This document shows, piece by piece, positions 1 through 13,305 of a stretch of DNA of 64,000 nt. The stretch is from Ginglymostoma cirratum (taxonomy: Eukaryota): contig JAHRHZ010000150.1 of the NCBI GenBank assembly GCA_024137785.1, positions 693,627 through 757,626 on the forward strand, read 5' to 3'. The notes below the pieces were generated by a model. That model did no database searches. It saw only the letters and a program-made list of their open reading frames with translations, and was not told the DNA's origin. Position numbers and translations under genes: made by a program. The first letter of the stretch is position 1. Every line of letters begins with the position of its first letter.

Positions 1-63
1 AATGCAGCTCTTCTAACGATTTTTTGCCAGAAATTTGAATCGATTCCATTCTACATTGGACAG

Positions 64-2685
64 GAATTCTGGCCTCCTATCTGTAGCGGTCTCCTTCTAG
101 CATGTCGATTGCAGGAGGACACTCGGCTACACTCAGATGCACGCTGTATAATACAGATTGCAGCTACATGTACTGGTACAGGCAAGAAACAAACGGGGCA
201 ATAGAGGCTTTATTCTACTCTGGTATAGCAGGAGCGGTGCGAAATTACATATCCGAGTCTGATCAGGCCAAAACACACAATGAATTGCTGCTTAGTTTTG
301 AACTGAGAGCTGCCGTTCCATCTTACATGTAGATAGATCGACACAAGGAGAGGCCACTTTGGATTTGGTGCTTGGCAATGAACCATACCAAGGGTTAGAC
401 CTGTTGGTAGGAGAGCATTTTGGTGGTAGTGATCTTAACTCTGTTACTTTTACAATAGTCATGGAAAAGGATAAGTGCATACAGCATTGTAAGGTTTATA
501 ATTGGGGGAAGGTTAATTATAATTCTGCTAGGCAAGAACTGGGTAACATAAAATGGGAACAGATGCTGTCAGGGAAGAGCACTATAGAAATGTGGAGATT
601 GTTTAAAGAATGCATACTGCACGCACTCAAAATGTTTGTCCCTAGCAGGCAGAGAAGATGCTGTCGAGTGATGGAACCTTTGTTCTCAAGAGAGGTCGAA
701 CGACTGTTTAAGAGGAAGAAGGATGCTTATATAAGGTTAAGGAAACAATGATCGGAAAAGGTTCTAGCTGGATACAAGTTAGCCAGGAAGGAGCTGAAGA
801 AAGGGCTTAGGAGAGCTATAAGGGGGCATGAGAAAACCCTGGCAGATAGGATCAAGGAAAACTCCAAAGCTCTTTACTCGTAAGTGAGGAATAAGAGAAT
901 GACCAGAGAAAGGGTAGGCCTGATCAAGGATTGTAAAGGGAATTTGGGCACGGAGCCTAAAGAGATAGGAGTGGTCCTTAATGAATACTTTTCTTCGGTA
1001 TTCACGACTGGGAGGGACCAATTGTAGGGGAGGACATCGTGATACAGGCTGGTAGGCTAGAGGAGGTGGATGCTAGCAAGGAAGATGTACTAGGAAGTTT
1101 GAGGAACTTGAAGATAGATAAGTCCACCAGGCCTTATGGGATTTATCCAAGGATTCTATGGGAAGTGAGGGAAGAGATCGCAGAGCCTTTGGCAATGATC
1201 TTTTCATCCCCAAAGCCCATGGGTATAGTGCCAGAAGACAGGAGAGAGGCAAACATCATTCCCTTGTTCAAAAAAGGGAATAAGGAAAACCCTGGAAATT
1301 ACAGGCCAGTTAGTCTTAGTTCAGTGGTGGGCAAATTATTGAAAAGGGCTCTGAGAGATAGGATTTATGATCACTTGGATAGGCACAGTTTGATTCGTGA
1401 TAGTCAGCATGGATTTGTGAGGGGTAGATCATGCCTCACAAACCTTATTGAATTCTTTGAAGATGTGACCAAACACGTGGATGAAGGTAGAGCAGTGGAT
1501 GTGGTATACATGGATCTAAGTAAGGCGTTTGATAAGGTTCCCCATGGTAGGCTCATGCAGAAAGTAAGGAGGCATGGGATAGGGGGAAATGTGGCAGATT
1601 GGATTCAGAATTGGCTGACCCTTAGAAGACAAAGGGTGGCAGTGGACAGAAAACATTCAACATCGTGCTCAGTTATGAGTGGTGTACGACAAGGATCTGT
1701 TCTGGGTTCTCTTCTATTTGTAATTTTTGTAAATGTTTTGGATGTAGGAGTGGAAGGGTGGATTAGTCAGATCGCGGATGATACGAAGGTGGTTCAAGTT
1801 GTGGATAGTGCAGAGGGCTGCTCTCGGTTACAAAGGGACATTGATAGGATGCAGAGCTGGGCTGAGAAGTGGCAGATGGTGTTTAACCCTGAAAAGTGTG
1901 AGGTGGTTCATTTTGGAAGGACAAATTGAAAGCAGAATACAGGGTTAACGGAAAGATTCTTGGCAGTGTGGAGGAGCAGAGGGATCTCAGGGCTGATGTC
2001 CACAGTTCCCTGAAAGCTGCCACCCAGGTGGATAGAGTTGTTAAGAAGGCATATGGTGTGTTAGCTTTCATGAATAGAGGGATTGAGTTCAAGAGCCGTG
2101 AAGTTATGCTCCAGCTATACAAAACCCTGGTTCTGCCACATCTGGAGTACTGTTTCCAGTTCTGATCGCCTCATTACAGGAAAGACGTGGAAGCTTTGGA
2201 AAAGGTGCAGAGGAGATTTACCAGGATGTTGCCTGGAATGGAGGGAAGGTCTTACAAGGAAAGGTTGAGAGAGCTAGGGCTTTTCTCTTTCGAATGACAA
2301 AGGATGAGAGGTGTCTTGATAGAGGTGTACTAAATGATCAGAGGTATAGATAGAGTGGACAGCCAGAGACTTTTTCCTAGGGTGGAGGTAGCTATTACGA
2401 GGGGGCATAGTTTTAAAGTGAGTAGAGATAGTTATAGGGGAGACGTCGAGGTAGGTTCTTTACTCAAGAGAGTGGTCGAGGCGTGGAGGGAATGGTGGAG
2501 TCGGCCTCATTAGGGCTATTTAAGCGGCTAGTAGATAGACATTTGGATGATAGTATAAGGTAGTATTGGAGGTTAGATAGACCTTAGGTTTAGGGTAAAA
2601 GTTCTGCGCAACATCGTGGGCCGAAGGGCCTGTTGTGTGCAGTACTGTTCTATGTTCGATGTTCTATGTTCTTACACGGCTGTCT
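64..2685 (+). pseudogene. TRBV: TRBV pseudogene V1 (family 1): V exon split by a CR1 LINE, 3' end and RSS deleted; leader lies upstream of the window
   Basis: Acceptor CAG 61-63. Exon reads GILASYL*RSPSSMSIAGGHSATLRCTLYNTDCSYMYWYRQ...LELRAAVPSY with in-frame TAG at 84-86. It breaks at 327, resumes TCTTACACGGCTGTCT at 2670-2685, then jumps to downstream spacer sequence with no YFC and no RSS. Confidence 0.9.
328..2669 (+). mobile_element. 5'-truncated CR1-type LINE (ORF2 endonuclease end plus reverse transcriptase, frameshifted)
   Basis: ORFs 359, 1039 and 1926 carry LDLVLGNEP, NYRPVSL, SQHGFVRGRSCLTNL, DLSKAFDKVPH, QGSVLG, ADDTK and PHLEYC. 3' UTR contains GGGCCGAAGGGCCTGT and a (TGTTCTA)n tail at 2646-2670. 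Target-site duplication (TSD) TCTTACA at 321-327 and 2670-2676. Confidence 0.95.
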
Positions 2686-4185
2686 GTCCCTGGCTGTTGC
2701 AACAGACGTAGCAGCATCATCAAGAAAATAGCGCCTCTGTTCCATTCATAACCAATCGTCTTTAGTTACCACATTCTCATTGCTTCCACTCTGCTCCAAT
2801 ACACCTGTAAGAATACACAGAATCCTCTTCTCAATTACGCTGCTGAGATTCAGATGCCTTCAACAACTAGCCGGGGAAGAACCAGGTTCACACAGTAATT
2901 TAATTATGTTTGTCTCATTCTCTTCAGCAGAGTGATTGATAAACCTTACGCATGTCTGAAGGGTCCCGAAACGAAAAAAGCACACCAAAATTCAGTCAAC
3001 ACCACTAACAAACAGAGCACTGCAGGCACTGCACCCTTCCCTCAGAGTTACTTTTCTGACTCTACAGCGCTTACTCAGTCAATGCCCTGTGAATTTCTTC
3101 AAAGGAACCCGCAGTCACATATTGGTGGAATTAAGTCTAGCTGCATGGAACAGGGGAGCACTAAGACGCAAGAAGGTTGTGTGCTTCACAAAATTAGAGG
3201 ATCGAGCAGAACAGAAGAAGACCGTAAGGCTGTTCCAGTCAATGCCAGCTCTTTAAATGAGATTGTAATACTTCATTGTCCCCGTCAACACACCCTCCCC
3301 AGTTTTGTCTCCGTCGTTTCATTATATAGCATTCTTTAAGTGTATCATTGGTATTCATTTAAAATCACACATTTTACCTGATAAAAAACATCATTTCAAG
3401 TCTTGTACTAGCCATTGTGATCATGAAAGTGCTTTTGTGTATCAATAACACTCATCTGGTTGACTGATTTCCTTTTGAAAAAGAAACATAGGCCTGGAGT
3501 TACTTTTTCTCCAGACCGACTACGATGTAGCTCTCTCCAAACATGCCTGTGAAATGGCACAGAAAACAAATTATTAATTGCACACAACCGTGATAGAATA
3601 AACGACAAATACAAGAAGGCATCGCACGATTACCTTCTCCAAGTCAATTCTGAATGGGCAATAAATGTTCGCCCAGCAGTCAAACCCAAATCCCAGGAAA
3701 GAATTAAAGAAGTGGTCGCCACTCTCTTGTGAACGCTTTGCCAACTGAAGTCTCCTGTTTAGCAGTGGAATCGGTATGTATTTATAATATTTCGAGTCTG
3801 TCACTGTATCCAGTCCATCGGTCCCCCACCTGCACATTTCCTTATTCCTGCCGTTTGATGTTTCAGGTGTTTGTTTAAATCTGTTTGTGTCGTCGCTGTC
3901 ATTCTGCTAAGCCCACACTTTCAGACAAAGCAATTCAGATTAGAGCGTCTTGATGTAGAAAAAGCTCTTCAGCTCCCATTTACACTTCTAATAAATTATT
4001 TTTCCATCATCTTTAGTGCCTAGACTCTTTTTACTGACATCCCAGTGGAAGAATTGTATTTACTTCTCGAAACAATCCAATCGCTATTCAAATTTGAGTC
4101 ATGCTATTAACACCACTCTATCACCCATCAAGCCAATGTGTGGCTTAGTTTTCTCAGCAAATGGTGTTGGGGAAACAAGATAGCA

Positions 4186-4205
4186 ACCGGATGTTGTGTA
4201 TTTAG
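4186..4205 (+). promoter_or_regulatory. V2 promoter ETS-like plus TATA-like element
   Basis: ACCGGATGTTGTGTATTTAG about 100 bp upstream of the leader ATG, at the same position as in the paralogues. Confidence 0.5.
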
Positions 4206-4289
4206 TCATAAGCAGCAGAGGAACTGCTTGTACACATGTCATTGGACTGCACTCCGTTCAAAGAGGCGGCCAATGTTAATGAGAGGATC

Positions 4290-5193
4290 ATGCTGCCTGA
4301 AGTCTAGTTTCTCATCTGGATGTTTGTATTCTATCCAGGTTAGTCAAAGTCACACTGAAATTGAAGAATGCAATGTCAAATGCACTGTAGATCATGTGGT
4401 ATGACTCCCTATTCGGGTTAGAAAGTCGTAGCCCGACTCTCACGCCAGATCCGAGTAGGAGATGGAAATCAAGGCTGATAATTCACGTGCCATTGCTGAG
4501 AGAGCTCAGCACTTCTACAAGATTCATAGTGAATACAGAATGTTAAAGAGAGCTGAGCTCTTCAGTTCAAAACAACGATAACGACATCTTTTTCAGAGAA
4601 AAGCAGGTCCTACTCCAAAATTTCAACTTAGAACACCGCCTTAAAATAAAAAGAAAACATATATACAGACCATTACACTTTGCTGGTATTGGATCTTGAT
4701 TTGGTGAACTATTGATAGAATGAATTTTAACAGGAGCTCGACAATTAAGTAAAAAAGACACAAGAAGTTTCTAACCTGTTTTAACATGTTATATTATTGT
4801 GAGACGTTTCATATCACTGGAATTTCTCCGTTTAAATGCAACCATTGTCCTCATGAATTACTGTTAGAAATTTGAGTCTATTCTACTTTAACCTCGACAG
4901 GAATTCTCGCCTCTGACGTGAGACAGCCGCCTTCCATCGTGTCGATTGCAGCAGGAGATTCGCGCACACTTAGATGCACGTTGAGGAATACTGGCTCTAC
5001 CAACATGTACTGGAAAAGACAGCAACAGACCGAGCAATACAAATTTTATTCTTCTCTGCTAGAGAAGGCATTGTTACAAATTTTACATCCGATATTTATC
5101 AGGCTAAAAGACCCAGCCAAATGCTGCTCACTTTGGAACTCAGTGTCGCCTCTCCATCTCATACGGCCGTCTATTTCTGTGCATGCAGTAGCG
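4290..5193 (+). pseudogene. TRBV: TRBV pseudogene V2 (family 1)
   Basis: Leader 4290-4338 MLPEV*FLIWMFVFYPG has a stop; GT donor at 4339. V exon 4901-5193 has a 1-nt deletion in FR2 (CAACAGAC vs CAACCAGAC). RSS CGCAGCG (5194-5200), 23 bp, ACAAAAACC (5224-5232), with the CAC mutated. Confidence 0.92.
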
Positions 5194-7300
5194 CGCAGCG
5201 TTTGAGAAAGTGCATTTGCAGCTACAAAAACCTGCGTCCGACTCCAGAGACATTCAGGACTCATTCACCACCAGCAGGTGGGGCCAGGGGATTGATTTTC
5301 TGTAACCAGGTGAAATGTCGGAGAATGGTGAGGACAAAAGAAGGAAATCAGGCCATCTTTTCACTACCGGTGCTTTATGAGGCGTCTTTCTACGATCACA
5401 ATCTCCCTTTGTTGTCGAGCCACGAACTGGTGAAATGGTCCCCTCACAGATTTATTCAATCACCTTTATAATGTCATTATTAAAACTGCTTCCAAAGCCT
5501 TCTCTCAGACAGTCCAGCTTTGAAGTGCGTTACAAATTGTAGCTCACATGGACTCATTTCCACCCTCTTCCTTGTAAAACTCCTGAAACTCCGAGGGCCT
5601 TGCCATCAGTTGACCACTATTCAAGTTAGTAAAAATTTATATCTCTGATGACATCCATTATCCCAGTGAAATTAATTCCCTCTGTTCCCTCTGAGGAAAC
5701 ATTTCGATATTTAATGCACCTCAAGCCTATCTCCAGTGACGGTCCCTTGTATTGTACTGGAAATACTCCAGGCTCCCAACTAATTCTTATTTTGCAGCCA
5801 GGCTACCAGTGCATCTCATCTTTCCCGCAGATCGGTCTGAACACATTGCGTACCCACTGACCTCCTCGGTTGTTATTCTTTTCATTTTGTTTGGAATCGA
5901 CCATCTCGACTTTTAAAAAAAATCTGCTGGTCTTGAGGACGCTGCAAAAGATAGAGCGAGAACAATCGGGAAACAACGCCTCCCTCCCCTTTACAACAAA
6001 TGCCTTTACTCACCAAAGTCTCGCGGATTCCCATTTTATTTTTGCTTCAATACATCCGTGGTAGCCCACTTTTCCTTCTTATTTACGCCACTGAGATTCA
6101 GGTGACTTCACTTACTGGCAGGCAAAGAACTATATTTATTCAATACCTTAGTTATATTTTCCTCATTCTCCTCTATCCACTAGAGAGATCAATAAAACAT
6201 GCCTAATATGATAGGTCCCTGAAAACACTGATAACACTGTCAAATATTACTAGCATGCACGTAATGCTAGATTTGATGACGTACAATTGTCTGCTAAAAT
6301 GTTGGGAAATCACTCACTCGCAAAAATCACAATAACTTCTCTCGATTCCAATGCAACCATGCTAGTGCATTTAATAAATACTTATACGCACTGAGATTTA
6401 GGTGAACATCTCTCTCTATCTGGTTAGTTCAGACCCAAATTTCCACACCTTACTCCGGCCTTGCTCATAACTGACACCAGAAACACAACAATGCTGTGCA
6501 TGATTAGTCCACTCTAAAATGGACAAGTAAGCCACTCAATGGCAATCATGAAGGTGGTTCAACATGTAGCACAGAGAAACAAAAGGGCAAGCTCATGCCT
6601 GAAGCTCTGTGATTATTCATTTGAGAGAGTGCTCGTTTCAGTGACAACACTGAAGCAGTACGCTACAGGCAGATCAGCCCTCCATCTGTGTTGTTTCCCA
6701 TAGATTGTGTTGTTCTCTTAGTCCATGCCCAGTGAATTAATTTGAACAAACACACAGTCGCGCATTGGTGGCATAGGCCTCGCTGCATGGAACAAGAGTG
6801 GACTTTAAACTGAGAATATTGTATGTTTCACAAAACCACAGGTTCCTATAGAACAGAAGAGGACGATGAGGTTCTTCCTGTCAATGTTCGCTCATTAGAT
6901 GGAATCAGCTCAATTACTTATACAGTTTCAACACACCTTCCCAATCTTGTCTTCCTCATGTCACTGTATAGTGTCCTTTTAACAGTGTCAGTGATATTCA
7001 TGCAAAGTAATGCATTTTACATTTTACATTTTGAAAAATATCATTTGAAAACTTGTGACCGTCATGGTGATCACGAAACTGTCATTCTGTTTCAGAAACA
7101 CGCTTCTCATTCATCGCCACACTTCGGGCAAGGTCATCTGCAATGCTGACCTGGTATACAGTACATTATCATTGGACACACAGCGAGAGGACTGACTCTG
7201 AAGTGCCCTCTGAAAAGGCCAGACAAATCATCATTTACACGAAGTAGTAACAAATTAGAGCAGGTAGATTCAAGAAAGTACCTCACCACCATCTTATGAA

Positions 7301-10300
7301 AGACCCAGCAGAGGTGGTGGCACAGTGGTATACTGTCGGGGGAAGGAGTTGCTCTGAGTCTCCATAACATTCACTCCGGACCCCATGAAGCCTCGTGACA
7401 TCAGGTTAATAATGGGCAAAGAAACCTCCTACTGATTACAACGTAACGCCCTCCCTCAGCTGAATTGGTACTCGTCTATTTAGAACAACACTTGGAGGAA
7501 GCACTCAGGATGGTAAGGGCACAAAAAGTATTCTGAGTGGGAGACTCCAATGTCTACCACCAAGTTTGGCTTGCCAGCAGTACTACTGATCGAGCTGGTC
7601 GAGTCCTAAATAGGCATAGTTGCTGGTATGGATATGCAGCAAGTGTTGAGGGAACTAACATGAGGGGAAAAAGAAAACTTGACCTAATCCTTCCCAATCT
7701 GCCAGCTGCACATGCATGTGTCCATGACGGTATTGATAAGAGTGACCACTGCACACTCCTTGTGGCGATGAAGTCCCGCCTTCACATTGAGAGTAACCTC
7801 CATCATGTTGTATGGCATTATCGCCGGGCTAAATGGGACAGACTTTGGACAGGTCTCGCTACTCAAGACGGGGCATCCACGAGGCACTGTGCGCCATTAA
7901 CCGCTGAAGACTTGCATTGCAGCACATTCTGTAAACCTCATGGCCCGGCACATCCCCCACTGAACAATTACCATCAAGCCAGGGGAGAGTGCAGGAGGGC
8001 ACACCAGAAGCAGCAATAGACATACATGAAGGTCAGGTGTCAACCTGGTGAAGCACTCAAAAAGGGTACTTGCATGCTAAACAAAATAAGCAGCAAGTGA
8101 TGGACAGACTGAAACGATCCCTCAACCAACGGATTAGATCTAAGCTCTACAGTCCTGCCAAATTCAGGTATAAATGATGGTGAATAATTAAACAACTCGC
8201 TGGATATTCCACGTATATCCCCATCCTCAGTGATGAAAGAGCCCAGCATGTCAGGGCAAACAATAAGGCTGAAGCTGTCACAGCAATCTTCAGCCAGAAG
8301 TGACCAGTGGATGATCCATCTTGGCTTCCTCCAAGGGTCCCCAGCGTTACTGATACCAGACTTCAGCCTATTCGATTCAGTCCACGTGATATCAGAGACT
8401 CTGGAGAGTCTAGATACTGTAAGGGCTACGGGTGCGGACAATAATACTGAAGACCTGTGCTCTAGAACTCGCCACCTCCCTAGCCAAGCTGTTCCAGTTC
8501 AGTTACAACGTTTGCATCAACATGACAATGTGGAAAATTGCCGAAGCATATCCTGTACTCAAAGATCAGGCCAGCTACTGCCCCATCAGTCTACTATCAA
8601 TCATTAGTAAAGTGATGAAAGGCGTCATAAACAGTACAATAATGCAGCAACTGCTCAGCAGTAACCTGCTCAGTGACGCCGATTTTGGGTTCCACCAGAG
8701 CCACACATTATAACCTTGATTGAAACATAGTAAAAAGAGCTAAATTGCATAGGTGAGGTGAGATTGACAGCTCTTGACATCAATTCTGCATTCGACCGAG
8801 TGTGGCATCATGGAAAACTGTCTGTTGGTTAGAATCATGCCTTACACATAGGAATATTGTCATGGTTGTTGGAGCTCAGTCGGGTCAGCTCCAAGTCATC
8901 TCTGGAGGAGTTCTTCAGTAGTGTCCTTTTTTTTCTCTATTCATTTTGTGGAATGAGGGCGTGTCTGGCTGGCCAGCATTTCCTGCCCATACCTAGTTGC
9001 CCTTGAGAAAGTGGTGGTGAGTTGCCTTCTTTAACCACTGTAGTCCTCCTGCTGTGCGTTAATGCATAATGCTATTAGGGAGGTAATTCCAGGACTTTGA
9101 CCAAGCGACAGTGAAGGAATGGTGACATATTTCCATGTCAGGATGTTGAGTGACTTGGAGGGGAACCTGGAGGTGGTGCTGTTCCCATATATCTGCCGCC
9201 CTTATCCTTCTAGGTGGAAGTGGTCATGAGTCTGGCAGGTCTGAGGATCTTTGGTGAATTTCGGCAGTGCATTTTGTAGATAGTGCACACTGCTGCTATT
9301 GAGCATCGGTGGCGGAGGGAGTGAATGCTTGTGGGTGTATTGTCAATCAAGCGGGCTGCTTGTCCTGGATGGTGTCAAGCTTCACTCCTGGCTTGTGCCT
9401 TGTAGATGGTGGACAGGCTTCGAGGAGTCAAAAGATGAGTCACTCGCTGCAGTATGCCCAGCTTCTGGCCTGGTCATGTAGACACTCTGTTATGTGGTGA
9501 GTCCAGTTGAGTTTCTGGTCAATGGTCAGCTGCTTCATTAATGAACTTGCCTTCATCAAAAGGTCGGAAATGGGGATGTTTGCTGATGATTGCACAAGGT
9601 TCAGAACCATTCACAATTCCTCAGAGACTTAAGCACTCCGTATCCTAATGCAACAAGATCTAGACAATATCCAAGCATGGGATGACAATTGACAAGTAAC
9701 ATTTGTGCCACACAAATGCCAGGGTATAACCATCACCAACAAGAGTCAATCTAACCACTGCCCCTTCACATGCAATTGTATTACCATCACTGAATCCTCA
9801 ACTGTGAACATCCCGGGAGGTATCGTTGATCAGAAACTCAAATGGACTCACCACACAAACGCTGTGCTTACAAGAAGAGGTCAGAGGCTAAGAATAGTGT
9901 GACGAGTAACTCACCACCCGACTTCTCAGAGCCTGTCCACGCACTGCAAAGCAAAAGTGAGGAATGTGATTGACCCTCCCCAATTGTTTGGATGATTGCA
10001 GCCCCAACAATACTCAAGAAGTTTGACAGCATCTATGGCAAAACAGTCTGCTTGATTAGCAATGCATTCACAGCCCTCCACTCCCTCCACCACTGATGCT
10101 CAGTAGCAGCAGTGTGTACTATCTACAAGATGCACGAAGAGATTTACCAAAGATCGTCAGACAGAACATTCCAAACTCATGACCACTCACATCTAGAAGG
10201 ACATGGCCAGCAGACATATGGTAACACCACTACCTTAAAGTTCCCTTACAAGTCATTCACTATCCTGGCTTGGAAATATAATGACTCTTCTTCACTGTCG

Positions 10301-10477
10301 CTGTGTCAAATACTTGGACTTCCTTCCCTAACGGCATTGTGGGTCAACCCACAGAAAACGGATTGCAAGTTCAAGAAGGCAGTTCACTGTCACCTTCTCA
10401 AGGGCAACTAGTGATTGAAAAAAAAAGTGCTGGCCAGCCAGCGACGACCACACCCACAAAATGAATAAGAAGAAAAA
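7301..10477 (+). mobile_element. Decayed CR1/L2-group LINE (APE endonuclease plus RT) whose 3' tail matches the local SINE family
   Basis: Fragments VGDSNVYHQVWL, LDLILPNLP, KSDH, LKTCALELATSLAKLFQ, YCPISLLSIISKVM and FADD in shifting frames. 3' end CACCTTCTCAAGGGCAACTAG...ATGAATAAGAAG. Absent from paralogous cassettes. Confidence 0.88.
8926..9526 (-). mobile_element. Nested antisense 3' fragment of the same LINE family
   Basis: Starts with a T-rich tail and the reverse complement of the host 3' end (GTTGCCCTTGAGAAAGTGGTGGTGAG). Its reverse complement aligns with host ~9822-10475. It interrupts the host RT region, which resumes CAGCTGCTTC at 9527. Confidence 0.85.
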
Positions 10478-11119
10478 TTAATCAGGTGAACAATACGCTG
10501 TAGCTCGGACAGCAACACCCATATTCCAGGGAAAGAATTAAACAAGTGATCGCCGCTCGCTTATGAAAGACAGCTTCTCACTGAACTCTCTGGGTTTGTA
10601 GTGTGGGTACATATTTATAATCCAGATATTTTTCCCCTGTACTTATCCATCTCTCTTGATTCCCTCAGTCTTGCCATTTCTCGTTTCTGGTATTTATTCA
10701 AATCTGGTTGGAAAATTAATTTTATTCTGCTCAGACGACACTTTCAGACAACATATTTCAGATCAGAACATCTCGATTTGTAAAAACAAAAAGCTCTTTA
10801 CATCTCCCATTTTCACTTTCAATCAATTATCTTCCTCAACTGCCATGTCTGGCAACCCAATGGAAGAATTGTCTTATCTTACCTAAACTATCCTATCCCT
10901 CATGAAATTTGAGTCCGACTATTCGCACTACCCTGTCATCTATCAATCCAATAAATCAGTAAGAAATAAAGGAAGTTGGAGCTTAGGTTTTACAGCAAAT
11001 GGTGTCGTGACATTGAAATAGCAACGGGATGTGACGCATTTCATCAGATGTTACAAAGAAACTGCCTTCATTGGACTGCACTCCGTTCACAGAGAGAGTC
11101 AGTGTAAAATGACAGGATC

Positions 11120-11964
11120 ATGCTACATGAAGTCTGTTGTCTCATTTGGATATTTGCTCTGTTCCCAGATCAGGCAAAGTCATCAAATAAGCAGTACTGC
11201 ACTCAGTGGCACTCTATCATCTATTTGAGAAAGTCATAGGACAGACTGTCACTCCAGATCCTGGAGCTGGAAATCAAGTCTGACAGTCCACCGAACATTA
11301 CTCAGGGTGATCTGCACTTTTAGAAAGTTCATAGCAAACACATCATGTTAAACAGAACTGCCCTCTTCCGCATGAGACAATGACTACAGTGTCCTCTTCA
11401 GAATCAAGCAGCTCCTCAGTCAACATTTCAACCTCAGAAAACCCTTTGAAACAAAAGTGTACTGGCTGTTGCCACTTTGCTGTCATTGAATGTTGTTTTG
11501 CTGGAAAGGGCTGGCAAGAATGTTAACATAAAATTATTTTGTTTCCTTTTATGTGTTGAAATATATTTCTGGATTGTCAGCTGCTCTGTGTCAATACAAA
11601 GTCTTTGTTTAAACGCATAAAACTAATGCGTGATTTTCAAAAATTTGAAACTTTTCCGCATTACATTGGACAGGAATTCTAGCCTTCGATGTGGAGCAGT
11701 CTTCCTCCGTCGTGTCGATGCCAAGGAGACTCAGCTACATTTAGACGCACACTGAAGCCTACTAGGTCTCCTCGAATGTACCGGTACAATTAGCGACCAG
11801 ACTGACAATAAAAGGTTTATTCCTCTCTGCTGGAGGAAGAGCTGTTACACATTTCACGTCTGATTCTTTTAAGGCCGACAGACCCAATTGGATACAGTTC
11901 AATTTGAAACTGAAAGAACCCTCTCCATCTCACATGGCTGTCTACTTCTGTACGTGCAGTATTT
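11120..11964 (+). pseudogene. TRBV: TRBV pseudogene V3 (family 1)
   Basis: Leader 11120-11168 MLHEVCCLIWIFALFP with donor GT>AT. V exon 11674-11964 has a frameshift, Cys23>Arg, Trp41>Arg and stops. Degenerate RSS CACGACA (11965), 23 bp, AAAAAAAAC. Confidence 0.9.
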
Positions 11965-13305
11965 CACGACATATGGGAAAGTGTCTTTGCAGCTAAAAAA
12001 AACTTGCATTCAATCCCAGGGTCGTTCAGGACACATATGCCACCAACAGAGATGAATTTTCAAAGCGCATTTGCTCTGGCAAGTTTAAGAATCAGATATT
12101 GGCGGAGACAGAAATTTGAAATCAGCCAATTTTTCACTCCCAGCCTTTTGTGGGAACTTTCTAGTCAAACGCATTCCATTCCCAATTCCCATCCTTGTTT
12201 CGTTAACTATGGAAACATTTCACTTAACATATTTACTCATAGAGTTTTGTGTATCATTTCAAAATATGCTTCCAGAATTTTCCCTCGGACAGTAAGATTG
12301 AGAATCAATATAAATAGTTGCCCACATGGACCATCTCCTCTTCCCCAACTCAAATGGCCTCCCTCTTTCTGACGATCATTTTTCAGTTGGTGAAAACTAA
12401 TACCTCTAAGGTTCATCCTATATTGCTCCAGAAAAGGAGACCCCTGTTTACTCAAATGATACATTTCAGCATTTTTCACGCCTGAAAGATCTCTGCCCTT
12501 ATGCACTCCCTCATTATAGAATGTTACGACACGGACAACGTAATCCAAACCATATTAAACTCACTATGACTGGTTTCTAAACAAAGTGACATCAAAATAT
12601 TCCATGATCATCAAATTTATTCGATTATTCTTCAGTATATGTTACAAATGGATAACAAATTTTAGCACAGCCAGCAACACCCACATCCCAGAAAAGCACG
12701 TAAAAAGCCGCCACCACTCTCTTGTGAAAGATTGGTTCCCCTGAAGTCTCCAGTTTATCAACGACGTCATGTATTTATAATCTGGATACTTCTTCCCCGT
12801 TTCCACTCCACCATCACGATGGGCTCGTCCCTCCTTTGTGCCGTTTCCCAATTTCAGGCAGGGCTCCAAATCTGTTTTGAAAGTTTCTGTAATTCTTCTC
12901 ATAACACATTCTCAGACAATGGATTTCAATTCAGTACACATGGATGTATAAAAGGCTCCCTTTATCTCCCTTTTACAGTTCAATCTAACACTTTGCGTCA
13001 TCTTCAATATCTGGACTCGTGCTATTAACAACTCAGTCGAATAATTGTCTTTGCTTATCTAAACTATACAATTGCTATCGGAATTTGAGATCCACTTTTC
13101 ACATTGACCTGTCATCTATCAATCCAATGTGTCGCTGAGGAATAGAGTGAGGTGGAGCTTAGGTTTCACAGCAAATGGTCTCGGGACAATGCGATAGCAG
13201 CGGGATGTGGTGTATTTAGTTAGACGGACCACAAAAAACTGCCTTCACGTGTGCCATTGGACTGTAATCCATTCACAGAGGGAACAAGTATTAAATAACA
13301 GGATC

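Noticed and set aside
2670-2720. Germline RAG-joined V(D)J, as known for some shark Ig genes
   Set aside because: The break lies about 22 nt inside the V exon and joins spacer DNA; there is no D/J sequence, FGxG motif or partner RSS.
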